NCBI GenBank assembly: GCA_963635145.1
Contig: CAVHFE010000003.1
Coordinates: forward strand, 23,357-87,356
Length of the DNA: 64,000 nucleotides
Direction of reading: 5' to 3'
Origin: Oscillospiraceae bacterium
Lineage (GTDB): Bacteria; Actinomycetota; Coriobacteriia; Coriobacteriales; Eggerthellaceae
The notes below the pieces were generated by a model, which did not search any database, had not been told where the DNA came from, and saw nothing but the letters and a program-made list of their open reading frames with translations. The position numbers and the translations under genes were made by a program. Positions 28,419 through 37,952 of the stretch are shown one piece after another. Each line of letters opens with the position of its first letter. The first letter of the stretch is position 1.

Positions 28419-28730
28419 ATGACTCAACACGTTACCGAGTCCGACGTGCGCGGCATCGCCGAGTACGCACGCATCGGGCTGAACGATGACGAGGTCGCCC
28501 AGATGACGGTCGACCTGAACAACGTCATCGATACCCTGAAACCCATTACCGAATACGACCTTGAAGGGGTCGAGCCCACCTTCCATCCCATCGGCGATTT
28601 GTCAAACGTGATGCGCGAGGATGTGGAAGTGGAGGGCTTCAGCCAGGAAGTGGCCCTGTCCAACGCTCCTAAGCAGCAGGACGGCCAGTTCCTCATTCCC
28701 TCCATCTTGGGCGAAGGCGGTGATCGCTAA
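28419..28730 (+). CDS. gatC: Asp-tRNA(Asn)/Glu-tRNA(Gln) amidotransferase subunit C
   Basis: IAEYARI, GVEPTFHP, NVMRED, ALSNAP..DGQFLIPSI; directly upstream of gatA. Confidence 0.92.
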   Translation: MTQHVTESDVRGIAEYARIGLNDDEVAQMTVDLNNVIDTLKPITEYDLEGVEPTFHPIGDLSNVMREDVEVEGFSQEVALSNAPKQQDGQFLIPSILGEGGDR

Positions 28731-30220
28731 TGACGACTTTCGGTTCCATAGACGTCGCTTCCATCCAGGCTGGGCTTACCAATAAGGAATTCAGCGCCCG
28801 CGAGCTTGCTGAAGCTTCGCTTGCGCGCGTCGAGGCAAGCGATGAGAAGGTACACGCCTTCCTCGAGGTGACCCGCGATCTTGCGTTGCGCGCTGCCGAC
28901 AGGGTGGACGCCGCGGTTGCTTCCGGCAACTTGCTGGCCGCCGGCCCCCTTGCCGGCGTGCCCGTTGCTTTCAAAGACAATATGAACCTCGAGGGCACGC
29001 ACACCACCTGTTCCTCGCGCATGCTCGAAAACTACGTGAGTCCCTATACCGCAACCTGCGTTGCGCGCATCATCGATGCCGGCGGCATCCCCCTGGGCAA
29101 AACCAATATGGACGAGTTCGCTTTCGGTTCTTCCACCGAAACCTCCGCGTTCGGCTGCACTAGCAATCCGTGGGATCTGGGCCGCGTTCCCGGCGGATCG
29201 TCCGGCGGTTCCGCTGCCGCCGTTGCCGCTGGTCAGTGCACTATCTCGCTTGGTTCCGACACCGGTGGATCCATCCGCCAGCCTGCAAGCTTCTGCGGCG
29301 TCGTGGGCATCAAACCTACTTATGGCACGGTTTCGCGTTATGGCGTGGTTGCCTTCGGTTCCTCTCTTGACCAGGTTGGCCCCTTCGCGCGCAACGTGCG
29401 CGACGCCGCCTTGGCCATGAACGCCCTTGCCGGCCGCGATGTGCTCGACTGCACCAGCCAGGATGTCACCACCGACTTCCTTGCCAACCTGGGCGAGGGC
29501 GTGAAGGGCATGCGCATCGGCGTTGTCCGCGAGTTCATGGAGGCCGAGGGCTTGCAGCCCGAGGTAAAGGCCAAGGTTTCCGAGGCCATTGCCAAACTCG
29601 AGGAGCTGGGCGCCGAAATCGTCGAGGTCGAGCTGCCCAATGCGCACGCTGCCATTTCCGCGTACTACGTGCTGGGCCCCTGCGAGGCCTTCAGCAACCT
29701 GGCTCGCTTCGACTCGGTGCGCTACGGCTACTGCGACCCCGGCCATAAGGATCTGGGCGGCCAGTACGAGGCAAGCCGCTCCAAGGGCTTCGGCGCCGAG
29801 GCGCGTCGCCGCATCATGCTTGGCAGCTACCTGCTTTCCAGCGGTGTGTACGACAAGTACTACTATCCCGCCCAGCAGGTGCGCACCCTCATCACCAAGG
29901 ATTACACCGAGGCTTTCGAAAAGGTCTCCTGCATCATCGCGCCTGCCGCACCGCGCACGGCCTTCAAGTTCGGCGAGATCTCGGAACCTGCCGAGATGTA
30001 TCTGTCCGACATGTACACCATCAGCATCAACATCGCCGGCAACGGCGGCATGTCGATGCCCATCGGCCTGGGAGCCGAAACGGGCATGCCCGTGGGCACC
30101 CAGCTGATCGCCCCGCCCTTCAAGGACGAGAACATGCTGCGCGTGGCCGCGGCGCTCGAGTCCGTTTACGGCGCGGCACCTGTTGCCCCCGCCTTCGCCG
30201 ATGGAAAGCTTGGTGAGTAA
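28730..30220 (+). CDS. gatA: Amidotransferase subunit A
   Basis: GKTNMDEFAFGSSTE, PGGSSGGSAAAV, LGSDTGGSIRQPA, RRIMLG. Confidence 0.96.
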   Translation: MTTFGSIDVASIQAGLTNKEFSARELAEASLARVEASDEKVHAFLEVTRDLALRAADRVDAAVASGNLLAAGPLAGVPVAFKDNMNLEGTHTTCSSRMLENYVSPYTATCVARIIDAGGIPLGKTNMDEFAFGSSTETSAFGCTSNPWDLGRVPGGSSGGSAAAVAAGQCTISLGSDTGGSIRQPASFCGVVGIKPTYGTVSRYGVVAFGSSLDQVGPFARNVRDAALAMNALAGRDVLDCTSQDVTTDFLANLGEGVKGMRIGVVREFMEAEGLQPEVKAKVSEAIAKLEELGAEIVEVELPNAHAAISAYYVLGPCEAFSNLARFDSVRYGYCDPGHKDLGGQYEASRSKGFGAEARRRIMLGSYLLSSGVYDKYYYPAQQVRTLITKDYTEAFEKVSCIIAPAAPRTAFKFGEISEPAEMYLSDMYTISINIAGNGGMSMPIGLGAETGMPVGTQLIAPPFKDENMLRVAAALESVYGAAPVAPAFADGKLGE

Positions 30221-30222
30221 GC

Positions 30223-31809
30223 ATGAAGAAGCTCGAAGAAGTCCTGAAAGATTGGGAGGCCGTTATCGGCCTTGAGGTCCACGCCGAGCTGACCACCCTG
30301 AACACTAAGATGTTCTGCGGCTGCAAGCTCGAGTTCGGCGCCGAGCCCAACACCCACACCTGCCCGGTGTGCCTAGGCTTGCCCGGCGCACTGCCCGTTC
30401 CCAACAAGGCCGCCATCGAGAGCATCGTTTTGGCGGGTTTGGCAACCAACTGCGACATCGAGAAGCATTCGATGTTCTACCGCAAAAACTACATGTACCC
30501 CGACATGGCCAAGAACTTCCAGACCACGCAGGGCCCCGTTGCCTTCTGTATGCGCGGCCATCTTGACCTGGACGTCGATGGTAAGGCTGCCAACGAGCGC
30601 ATCGATCTGGACGGCATCGCCGTGGGCGAGTCGGGCGAGGCGGGTTCCACCGCCGAGAACGTGACCGTTACCGAGGACGGCTACGTGGCTCACGTGGGCA
30701 TCGAGCGCATCCACATGGAGGAAGACGCCGGCAAGATGATTCACGTCGGTGGCGGCGAGGGCCGTATCGCGGGCGCCACGCATTCGCTGGTTGACTACAA
30801 CCGCGCCGGCACGCCCCTGATCGAGCTGGTAACTCAGCCCGACCTGCGCACCCCCGAGGAAGCGCGCCTGTTCATGCAGAAGCTTCGCCAGATTTACCTG
30901 GCCATCGGCATTTCCGACTGCTCGATGGAGGAGGGCTCGCTTCGCTGCGACGGCAACGTCTCGCTGCGCCGCCGCGGCCAGAAGGGCCTGGGCACCAAGA
31001 CCGAGCTCAAGAACATGAACTCCTTCAAGAACCTGCACGACGGCTTGGCCTACGAGATCTGCCGTCAGGCCGAGGTTCTGGAAGAGGGCGGCATCATCTA
31101 TCAGGAAACGCGTCACTGGGACCCTTCCAAAAAGCGCACCATCGTCATGCGCGTGAAGGAAACCGCCGACGACTACCGCCTGTTCCCCGAGCCCGACTTG
31201 GCTCCTTACGACCTGTCCGACGAATGGATCGAGGGCGTGCGTGCCAAGTTGCCCGAGCTCCCCGACCAAAAGGCCAAGCGTTTCGCCGCTGACTTCGGGC
31301 TTTCTTCCTACGATGCCCGTCACCTGGTCGATCATCGCGAAACCGCTAAGTTCTTCGAGGATTGCATGGCTCAGGGCGCTACGGCCAAGCTCGCAAAGCC
31401 CCTGGCCAACCTGGTTATCAACGATCTTTACGCCTACCTCAACGCCAACGACGTCTTGCTTGACGAGTGCCCCTTCACGCCCGAGCGCGCGGTTGAGCTG
31501 GTCAAGCTTCTGGCCGAGGATGCCATCAGCTCCAAGCAGGGCAAAGAGGTCTTCGCGGCCGTCATGGAGGAGGACAAGGATCCTTCCGCCATTGTTGAGG
31601 AGCGCGGCATGAAGCAGGTGTCCGACACGGGCGCCATCGAGGCCGTGGTCGATGCCATCATTGCCGCCAACCCCGATGAGGTTGCTTCCTACAAGGGTGG
31701 TAACACCAAGATCATCGGCTTCTTCGTCGGCCAATGCATGAAGGAGATGAAGGGTCAGGGCAACCCCAAGCTCATCAACCAGACCTTGGCCAAGAAGCTC
31801 AATTCCTAA
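30223..31809 (+). CDS. gatB: Amidotransferase subunit B
   Basis: IGLEVHAEL, CPVCLGLPGALP, HMEEDAGK, DYNRAGTPLIE, LRCDGNVS, GFFVGQCMK. Confidence 0.96.
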   Translation: MKKLEEVLKDWEAVIGLEVHAELTTLNTKMFCGCKLEFGAEPNTHTCPVCLGLPGALPVPNKAAIESIVLAGLATNCDIEKHSMFYRKNYMYPDMAKNFQTTQGPVAFCMRGHLDLDVDGKAANERIDLDGIAVGESGEAGSTAENVTVTEDGYVAHVGIERIHMEEDAGKMIHVGGGEGRIAGATHSLVDYNRAGTPLIELVTQPDLRTPEEARLFMQKLRQIYLAIGISDCSMEEGSLRCDGNVSLRRRGQKGLGTKTELKNMNSFKNLHDGLAYEICRQAEVLEEGGIIYQETRHWDPSKKRTIVMRVKETADDYRLFPEPDLAPYDLSDEWIEGVRAKLPELPDQKAKRFAADFGLSSYDARHLVDHRETAKFFEDCMAQGATAKLAKPLANLVINDLYAYLNANDVLLDECPFTPERAVELVKLLAEDAISSKQGKEVFAAVMEEDKDPSAIVEERGMKQVSDTGAIEAVVDAIIAANPDEVASYKGGNTKIIGFFVGQCMKEMKGQGNPKLINQTLAKKLNS

Positions 31810-31821
31810 AAGGAGAGCGGC

Positions 31822-33714
31822 TTGGAGCTGTCGGATGCCGCGCTTGTATTGCGCCAATATTTTGGGTATGACGCCTTTCGCCCTGGTCAGGTGCCTTTGG
31901 TTAAGGCTATCCTGGAGGGACGCGATTGCCTGGGCGTCATGCCCACGGGCGCGGGTAAGTCGGTTTGCTACCAGGTGCCGGGCATCATGCTGCCGGGTTG
32001 CACCGTGGTTGTGTCGCCTTTGGTTTCGCTTATGGGCGATCAGGTGCGCGCACTCGTCGATGCAGGGGTGCGCGCCGATTTCATAAACTCGTCGCTCACG
32101 CCCAGCCAGCAGGGGCAGGTGCTTTATCGTGCCTCGCGTGGCGAGTGCGATTTGCTCTACATCGCGCCCGAGAGGCTTTCCGACCCGCGCATCCTTGATT
32201 TCTTCGAGAATGCGCGAGTGCCGCTTATCGCCGTGGACGAGGCGCATTGCGTGTCGCAATGGGGGCAGGATTTCCGCCCGGCCTACCTGGCGGTGGGGGA
32301 GTTCATCGCCCAGCTGAAGTGCCGCCCGGTGTTGGCCGCCTTTACCGCCACGGCCACCGAGCATGTGCGCGACGACATCGTGCGCCTGCTTGGCCTGCGC
32401 GAGCCCGAGCTTGTGGTCACGGGCTTCGACCGCCCCAATCTGCACTTCGCTGTTACTCAGGCCACCCAAAAGAGAAAATCGCAGTTCGTGCTTGATTACG
32501 TGCGCGAGCGCGAGAATCAAAGCGGCATCGTCTACTGTTCCACGCGCAAGGAAGTCGAGCGCGTGCATCAGACTTTGCTTGATGCGGGCATTAGTGCGGG
32601 CCGCTACCATGCGGGCCTGCCCATGACCGAGCGTGCCCAGGCTCAGGCCGATTTTGTCAACGACGAGCTTGCGGTGCTTGTGGCCACCAACGCCTTCGGC
32701 ATGGGCATCGACAAGTCGAACGTGCGCTACGTCATTCACCACAACATGCCGGGCTCGATCGAGGCCTACTACCAGGAAGCCGGCCGCGCTGGTCGCGATG
32801 GCGAGCCGTCCGAGTGCGTTTTGCTATGGAACGATAAAGACATCGGTACCTGCCGCTTTTTCATCGAGCAGGAAACCGAAAACGAGCGCCTAAGTGCCGA
32901 GGAGTCCGAGATCGTGCGTGCCAGCCGCCGTAGGTTGCTCGGCGCGATGATCGGCTACTGCCTTACCACCGAGTGCCTGCGCGCGCATATCCTTTCCTAC
33001 TTCGGCGAAGATGCTGGCAGCGCGTTGAGCTTGGCGGCTGGCGAGTCGGGCGATCGGGCGCGTAGTTGCGGCAATTGCTCCAATTGCGAGGGCGATGTTG
33101 ACGCCGTGGACGTTACGCAGGAGGCGCGCGCCGTCATGCGCTGCGTGCAGGAGCTGCGCGGGCGCTATGGCAAGGGCGTGGTGGTGGATGTGCTGCGCGG
33201 TGCCAACAACGACAACATCCGTCGCTTCGATCTGGACAAGTGCGCCACTTACAGTACGCTTGACGCCCCGACCTCGCTTCTTAAGGAAGTTATTGAGCTT
33301 CTGGCCTGCGGCGATTATCTGCTTATCACCGAGGGGCGCTTCCCGCTGGTGGGCTTTGGCCCGCGCTTTCGCGAGGTCGCAAGCCCCGACTTTTCCCTGC
33401 GCATGAGGGCGCACGTGGTGGCGCGCCCCGACCGCACGCCCAAGTTCGCCGGCATGGGCAGCAAAGGCAAGCCGAAGGGCGCCGTCGGTTTGGACGAAAT
33501 GGATGCCGAGCTCTTCGAGCGTCTGCGTGAGCTGCGCAAGAACCTGGCAGCCGAGGCGGGCGTGCCGCCCTACGTGGTGTTCAGCGATGCCACCCTGCGC
33601 AGCCTGGCTCAGCGCCGTCCCAAGAACGAAAGCCAGATGTTCGAGGTCTCCGGCGTGGGCCAAAAGAAGCTCGAGCGCTATGGCGAGGAATTCCTCGCCG
33701 AGATTAACCGTTAG
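31822..33714 (+). CDS. recQ: DNA helicase RecQ
   Basis: PTGAGKS, DEAHCVSQWGQDFRP, QEAGRAGRDG, Zn site CGNCSNC, HRDC PPYVVFSDATL; TTG start with AGGAG. Confidence 0.95.
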   Translation: MELSDAALVLRQYFGYDAFRPGQVPLVKAILEGRDCLGVMPTGAGKSVCYQVPGIMLPGCTVVVSPLVSLMGDQVRALVDAGVRADFINSSLTPSQQGQVLYRASRGECDLLYIAPERLSDPRILDFFENARVPLIAVDEAHCVSQWGQDFRPAYLAVGEFIAQLKCRPVLAAFTATATEHVRDDIVRLLGLREPELVVTGFDRPNLHFAVTQATQKRKSQFVLDYVRERENQSGIVYCSTRKEVERVHQTLLDAGISAGRYHAGLPMTERAQAQADFVNDELAVLVATNAFGMGIDKSNVRYVIHHNMPGSIEAYYQEAGRAGRDGEPSECVLLWNDKDIGTCRFFIEQETENERLSAEESEIVRASRRRLLGAMIGYCLTTECLRAHILSYFGEDAGSALSLAAGESGDRARSCGNCSNCEGDVDAVDVTQEARAVMRCVQELRGRYGKGVVVDVLRGANNDNIRRFDLDKCATYSTLDAPTSLLKEVIELLACGDYLLITEGRFPLVGFGPRFREVASPDFSLRMRAHVVARPDRTPKFAGMGSKGKPKGAVGLDEMDAELFERLRELRKNLAAEAGVPPYVVFSDATLRSLAQRRPKNESQMFEVSGVGQKKLERYGEEFLAEINR

Positions 33715-33904
33715 CTTGCAGCCGCGACGGGCTGGCGCTTGTAGGAGCGGGACGCAGGGTTTTCTCTAGATTCCGCCGGCGTCGCATCGGACCCACCCCT
33801 CCGACCTTTTTCGTCTCGTTTTCAGCTTCTTAGCTGTAAGGCTTTTAGGTCTGCGCTTGGCTGCGCCTCGTTCAAGCCTGTCTAGCGTTCGGCGGCATTC
33901 CGTT

Positions 33905-33947
33905 AAAAAGAAAAGGAAGAGCCCCGACGAGGCTCTTCCTTCTTTCC
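33905..33947. terminator. Intrinsic terminator between convergent recQ and usp
   Basis: AAGGAAGAGCC-loop-GGCTCTTCCTT with A-run on the left (U-tail on minus strand). Confidence 0.75.
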
Positions 33948-33968
33948 GTTTGAATATGCGTTCGCGCG

Positions 33969-34433
33969 CTATTTGACGATGAGCACGGGAATCTGGGAGG
34001 AACGCAGAACAGCGAAGCTGACCGAACCGATCATGCCGCGCAGGGCGCCCAGGCCGCGCGAGCCCATGGCGATCATCGTGCAGTCGTAGCGATCGGCTGC
34101 GTCAAGGATGGTGTCGACGGTGTAGACGCCGTAGATGACCTCGACGGTGAGCTTGCCCTGGAATTCCTTCGTGATTTCCTGGATGCGGGTGGCAAGCTGG
34201 TCGTCTTCGTTTTCATTGCGCTGCTCCAGCTCTTCGGCGAACTCTTCCTGCTCGTCGGCGTTGTTGCGCTTTGCGCTCATGGAGCTGCGAAGCAGGTCTT
34301 GCGGGGGAGCGGCAACCTCGACAACGTGGATTTCGGCGTTGGGCTTGCCTTCGCAAAGCTCGATTGCGCGCTTGAGAGCGTTGCAGGCATGGGTGGAGTC
34401 GTCAAAAGGAACAAGGATGTTGGTGAGCGACAT
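33969..34433 (-). CDS. Universal stress protein
   Basis: NILVPFDDS...MIAMGSRGLG..GMIGSVS..VL..PVLIVK. Confidence 0.92.
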   Translation of the reverse strand: MSLTNILVPFDDSTHACNALKRAIELCEGKPNAEIHVVEVAAPPQDLLRSSMSAKRNNADEQEEFAEELEQRNENEDDQLATRIQEITKEFQGKLTVEVIYGVYTVDTILDAADRYDCTMIAMGSRGLGALRGMIGSVSFAVLRSSQIPVLIVK

Positions 34434-34680
34434 AAGAACCCCCTCTATCGTCGTTTAGAAATTTGTTTCCATTATACGCTGAAATCGCAGGCAGAGATGC
34501 GCGCCTTGCGTGTGCCTCGTTCTCGATGTGGGCGGGCGCGAGCTGCAAGAAGCAGATGGGCAGGGCAGTGTTCAGGCTTGCGTGGCGACCTTGGGCGCGG
34601 CCTGGTTTGGCGCGACTAGGAGTCGGCGTCGCGCGCTTCGGTGTGATTGCAGGTGTTTTCAAGGAAATCTTTCTTTGGTG

Positions 34681-34709
34681 TTGCTTTAGCACTCTACTGT
34701 GCTAAAGTG
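34681..34709 (+). promoter_or_regulatory. Palindromic operator (HisR-like) overlapping the putative his promoter
   Basis: CTTTAGCAC-N6-GTGCTAAAG at 34684-34707; overlaps TTGCTT-16 nt-TAAAGT. Confidence 0.65.
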
Positions 34710-35007
34710 GCTAGCGCAAAATGATCCAGATCAATCGAGTCGGGCTGTATCTGTCATTCGGCCTTGCTGCGATGTGGAAGCTCCTCGTCGTTCGTGACGC
34801 TCGCAAAGTGCCGCGCTCGTCCAAGGGCCGCAAGGCATCGTCCATAGTTGGTCCGCCGCCGAACATCTGCCTTCCTTGTGCAAAAGGCGGGGGCTGCTGG
34901 TTGAGCCGACTTCGTTGGTCTAGGATTGCTTGGTTACAAAAATTTCGCCGCCGCCTTGGTGTTTTTGCAAGCTTCAAGGCAGGGGCGAATCGGGAAGAAA
35001 GAGAACG

Positions 35008-36630
35008 ATGAACTACGTCACTCCGATTGGTTTTCGTGACATCATGGGGGCCGAGGCCAGGGTCCGTGAGGAACTGACCTCCAAAGTGCGCGCTCTGCTC
35101 GACGCGAAAGGGTATCGTCCCATCGAGACCCCGACGCTCGAGGTCTTGGACGTGATGAAAGCCGGCGGCCACGTGCCCAACAGCCCCTTCAAGTTCTTTG
35201 ATTCCTACGGCGATTTGCTGGCGATGCGCCCCGACGTGACCATGCAGGTTGCGCGCATGTGCGCAACGCGCGTCGATTCCTTCGATGAACCTTTGCGTTT
35301 GCGCTACGCCCAGCGCGTCTTCCGCGCCGATACCGCCGAGGCCGAGAAGCGCGAGGTCTCGCAGCTTGGCATCGAGTGCATCGGCGCATCGGGCGTTGCG
35401 GCCGACATCGAGGTTTTGAGCCTCTTCGCCCAATGCCTTGAGGCTTGCAACCTGAGCAATTACACCATCGCGCTCGGTTCGGCTCGCGTTCTGCGCGATC
35501 TTCTTTCCAAGTCGGGCGGCTCCAACGAGTGGCAGCGCAAGGTGATGCAGGCCTACCACGAGTCCAACTTCGTCGATCTGGCCAAGCTGGTGGACGAAGG
35601 GAACGCCATGCCCGCCGTGGCGTCCGCCATCGGCGCGCTTCCCCGTTTGCGCGGTGGCAAGGAATCGCTTGCCAAGGTGCGCGAGCTTCTTATTCCCCTG
35701 GGCGCCACTGAGGGTCTGGACGAGCTCGAGGCCATCATCGATGCGCTTGAGGCTAACAAGAACTTCAGCGGCCAGGTGAACGTCGATTTCAGCGTTATGA
35801 GCTCGTTTGATTACTACACGGGCATCGTGTTCGAGGCTTACGCGCCCGGTTTGGGTTCGCCCTTGGGCGCCGGCGGCCGTTACGACAACCTGCTGGCCAA
35901 CTACGGCGCGGGTACGGTTCCCTCCGCGGGCTTTGCCTTCTACCTTGAGGAAGTGATGGAGGCTTACTCCGTCGAGCAGCACCACGCCACGCATCCTTTG
36001 CGCGTCGCCGTTCCCAAGGGCTCGCTCAACGAAGACGCCGTAGCCTGCCTGAAAGAAGCCGGTTTGGATGTTTCCGGCCTCATCGATTCCGGACGAACCC
36101 TGATGATGACCTGCGGAGATGTTGAGTACATCATCGTGCGTCCGACCGACGCGCCCGTGTTCGTGGCAACGGGTGCCGCTGACTGCGGCATCTGCGGCGA
36201 GGACTCGCTGGTCGAGGCAAACCACGATGTTGTGGAGCTGGTCGACCTGAAGTTCGGCGGTTGCCGCTTCGTCGTGGCCGAGCAGGCCGGATCGACCAAG
36301 CGCGTCGAGCGCCGCTACAGCGAGCTCGGCTCCATCCGTATCGCCACCAAGTATCCCAACATCACGCGCGCCCATTTCGGCAAGGTGGGCATGCAGGTCG
36401 AGATCGTGCAGTTGCACGGCAACATCGAGCTCGGCCCTATCACCGGCATGGCGGAGCGCATCGTCGACATCACCGCCACCGGCACCACCCTGCGCGAGAA
36501 CAACCTGGTAGTTGTGGAGGACGTGCTGGCATCCACCGCGCGTTTCTTCGCCAACCCCTGCGCATTCCGAACCAACCCCCGTGTCGGCGAGCTTGCCGAC
36601 GCTCTTTCCGCTAACGTCAAGGAGGACTAA
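35008..36630 (+). CDS. hisZG: Fused ATP phosphoribosyltransferase regulatory subunit HisZ and short-form HisG
   Basis: HisZ motifs TPIGFRD, MRPDVT.QVAR, FDYYTGIVFE, GGRYDNL; HisG motifs LRVAVPKG, DLKFGGC, IATKYP, ERIVDITATGTTLRENNL. Confidence 0.93.
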   Translation: MNYVTPIGFRDIMGAEARVREELTSKVRALLDAKGYRPIETPTLEVLDVMKAGGHVPNSPFKFFDSYGDLLAMRPDVTMQVARMCATRVDSFDEPLRLRYAQRVFRADTAEAEKREVSQLGIECIGASGVAADIEVLSLFAQCLEACNLSNYTIALGSARVLRDLLSKSGGSNEWQRKVMQAYHESNFVDLAKLVDEGNAMPAVASAIGALPRLRGGKESLAKVRELLIPLGATEGLDELEAIIDALEANKNFSGQVNVDFSVMSSFDYYTGIVFEAYAPGLGSPLGAGGRYDNLLANYGAGTVPSAGFAFYLEEVMEAYSVEQHHATHPLRVAVPKGSLNEDAVACLKEAGLDVSGLIDSGRTLMMTCGDVEYIIVRPTDAPVFVATGAADCGICGEDSLVEANHDVVELVDLKFGGCRFVVAEQAGSTKRVERRYSELGSIRIATKYPNITRAHFGKVGMQVEIVQLHGNIELGPITGMAERIVDITATGTTLRENNLVVVEDVLASTARFFANPCAFRTNPRVGELADALSANVKED

Positions 36631-36632
36631 AG

Positions 36633-37952
36633 ATGACCATGCGTCGTATCGATCTTGAAAAGGGTCAGGTATTCGAGGAATCCCTACTCAACCGCACGGG
36701 TGCTTTTAATGCTGAGGCGATGATCGCCGCCACCAACATCGTCGAGGACGTGCGCAAGCGCGGTGACGAGGCGCTGCGCGAGTACACGAGCCGCTTCGAT
36801 GGCGTCGAGATCGAGGATTTCCGTGTGTCCGACGAGGCCATTCAGGCCGCGCTTGAGAAGGTCGACCCCGTGGTCGAGCGCGCGCTTGAAAAAGCCGCGG
36901 CGCAGATTCGCGATTTCCACGAGCGCCAAAAGCAGCAGTCCTGGATCAACGTCCGTCCCGACGGCGCCATGGTCGGCGCCAAGGTCCAGCCCTTGGATTC
37001 CGTCGGCGTGTACGTGCCCGGCGGACGTGCGCTTTATCCTTCCTCCGTTTTGATGAATGCCATTCCCGCCTCCGTCGCCGGCGTGAAGCGCATCGTTTGC
37101 GTGACGCCTCCCACCAAGGATGGCTCGCTTGATTCGGCCATTATCGCCGCGTGCAAGCTTGCCGGCGTGACCGAGGTGTATTCCGTCGGCGGTGCGCAGG
37201 CCATCGCCGCGCTTGCCTACGGCACCGAGAGCATCACCAAGGTCGATAAGATCACCGGCCCCGGCAACGCCTTCGTCGCCGCCGCGAAGAAGCTCGTCAT
37301 GGGCGATTGCGGCATCGACATGATCGCCGGCCCCTCCGAGGTGTGCGTGGTTGCCGACGAATCGGCTCTGCCCGAGATGGTTGCCATCGACCTGATGGCC
37401 CAGGCTGAGCACGACCCGCTGGCAAGCTGCTACCTGGTCACTTTCAGCGACGAGTACGCCGATGCCGTTGAGGCTGCCATCGCCGAGCATCTGAAGCGTT
37501 CCACCCGCGCGGAAATCACTTCTTCCTCCTTGGACAACAAGGGCCTGATTGTGGTGTGCCCCGATTTGGCCAGTGGCATGGAGGTGGTCAACGTCATCGC
37601 CCCCGAGCACTTGGAGATGCACGTTTCCAACCCCTCCGAGCTTTTGGGCCAGATTCGCCACGCCGGCGCCATCTTCATGGGCGAGTGGACTCCCGAGGCC
37701 GTGGGCGATTACGTCGCCGGCCCCAACCACACGCTTCCCACCGGCGGCACGGCGCGCTTCTCGAGCCCGCTTTCCACCGACGAGTTCGTGAAGAAGAGCT
37801 CGATCATCCAGTACAGCCCCGCATCCCTTTTGAACGACGCGTCGGCCATCGTGACCATCGCCGACCACGAGGGCCTGTGGGCGCACGCCGAGTCCGTTCG
37901 TCTGCGCCGCAGCATGCTCGAGCAGGGCGGCGCAAGCGCCTTGGAGGACTAA
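36633..37952 (+). CDS. hisD: Histidinol dehydrogenase
   Basis: [52 protein letters not shown]. Confidence 0.97.
   Translation: MTMRRIDLEKGQVFEESLLNRTGAFNAEAMIAATNIVEDVRKRGDEALREYTSRFDGVEIEDFRVSDEAIQAALEKVDPVVERALEKAAAQIRDFHERQKQQSWINVRPDGAMVGAKVQPLDSVGVYVPGGRALYPSSVLMNAIPASVAGVKRIVCVTPPTKDGSLDSAIIAACKLAGVTEVYSVGGAQAIAALAYGTESITKVDKITGPGNAFVAAAKKLVMGDCGIDMIAGPSEVCVVADESALPEMVAIDLMAQAEHDPLASCYLVTFSDEYADAVEAAIAEHLKRSTRAEITSSSLDNKGLIVVCPDLASGMEVVNVIAPEHLEMHVSNPSELLGQIRHAGAIFMGEWTPEAVGDYVAGPNHTLPTGGTARFSSPLSTDEFVKKSSIIQYSPASLLNDASAIVTIADHEGLWAHAESVRLRRSMLEQGGASALED

Noticed and set aside
30373..32742. 789-aa minus-strand ORF
   Set aside because: Antisense shadow across gatB and recQ
34686..34712. 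CIRCE element (HrcA operator)
   Set aside because: TTAGCACTC is present but the N9-GAGTGCTAA half is not; spacing and his context fit a HisR-like site better
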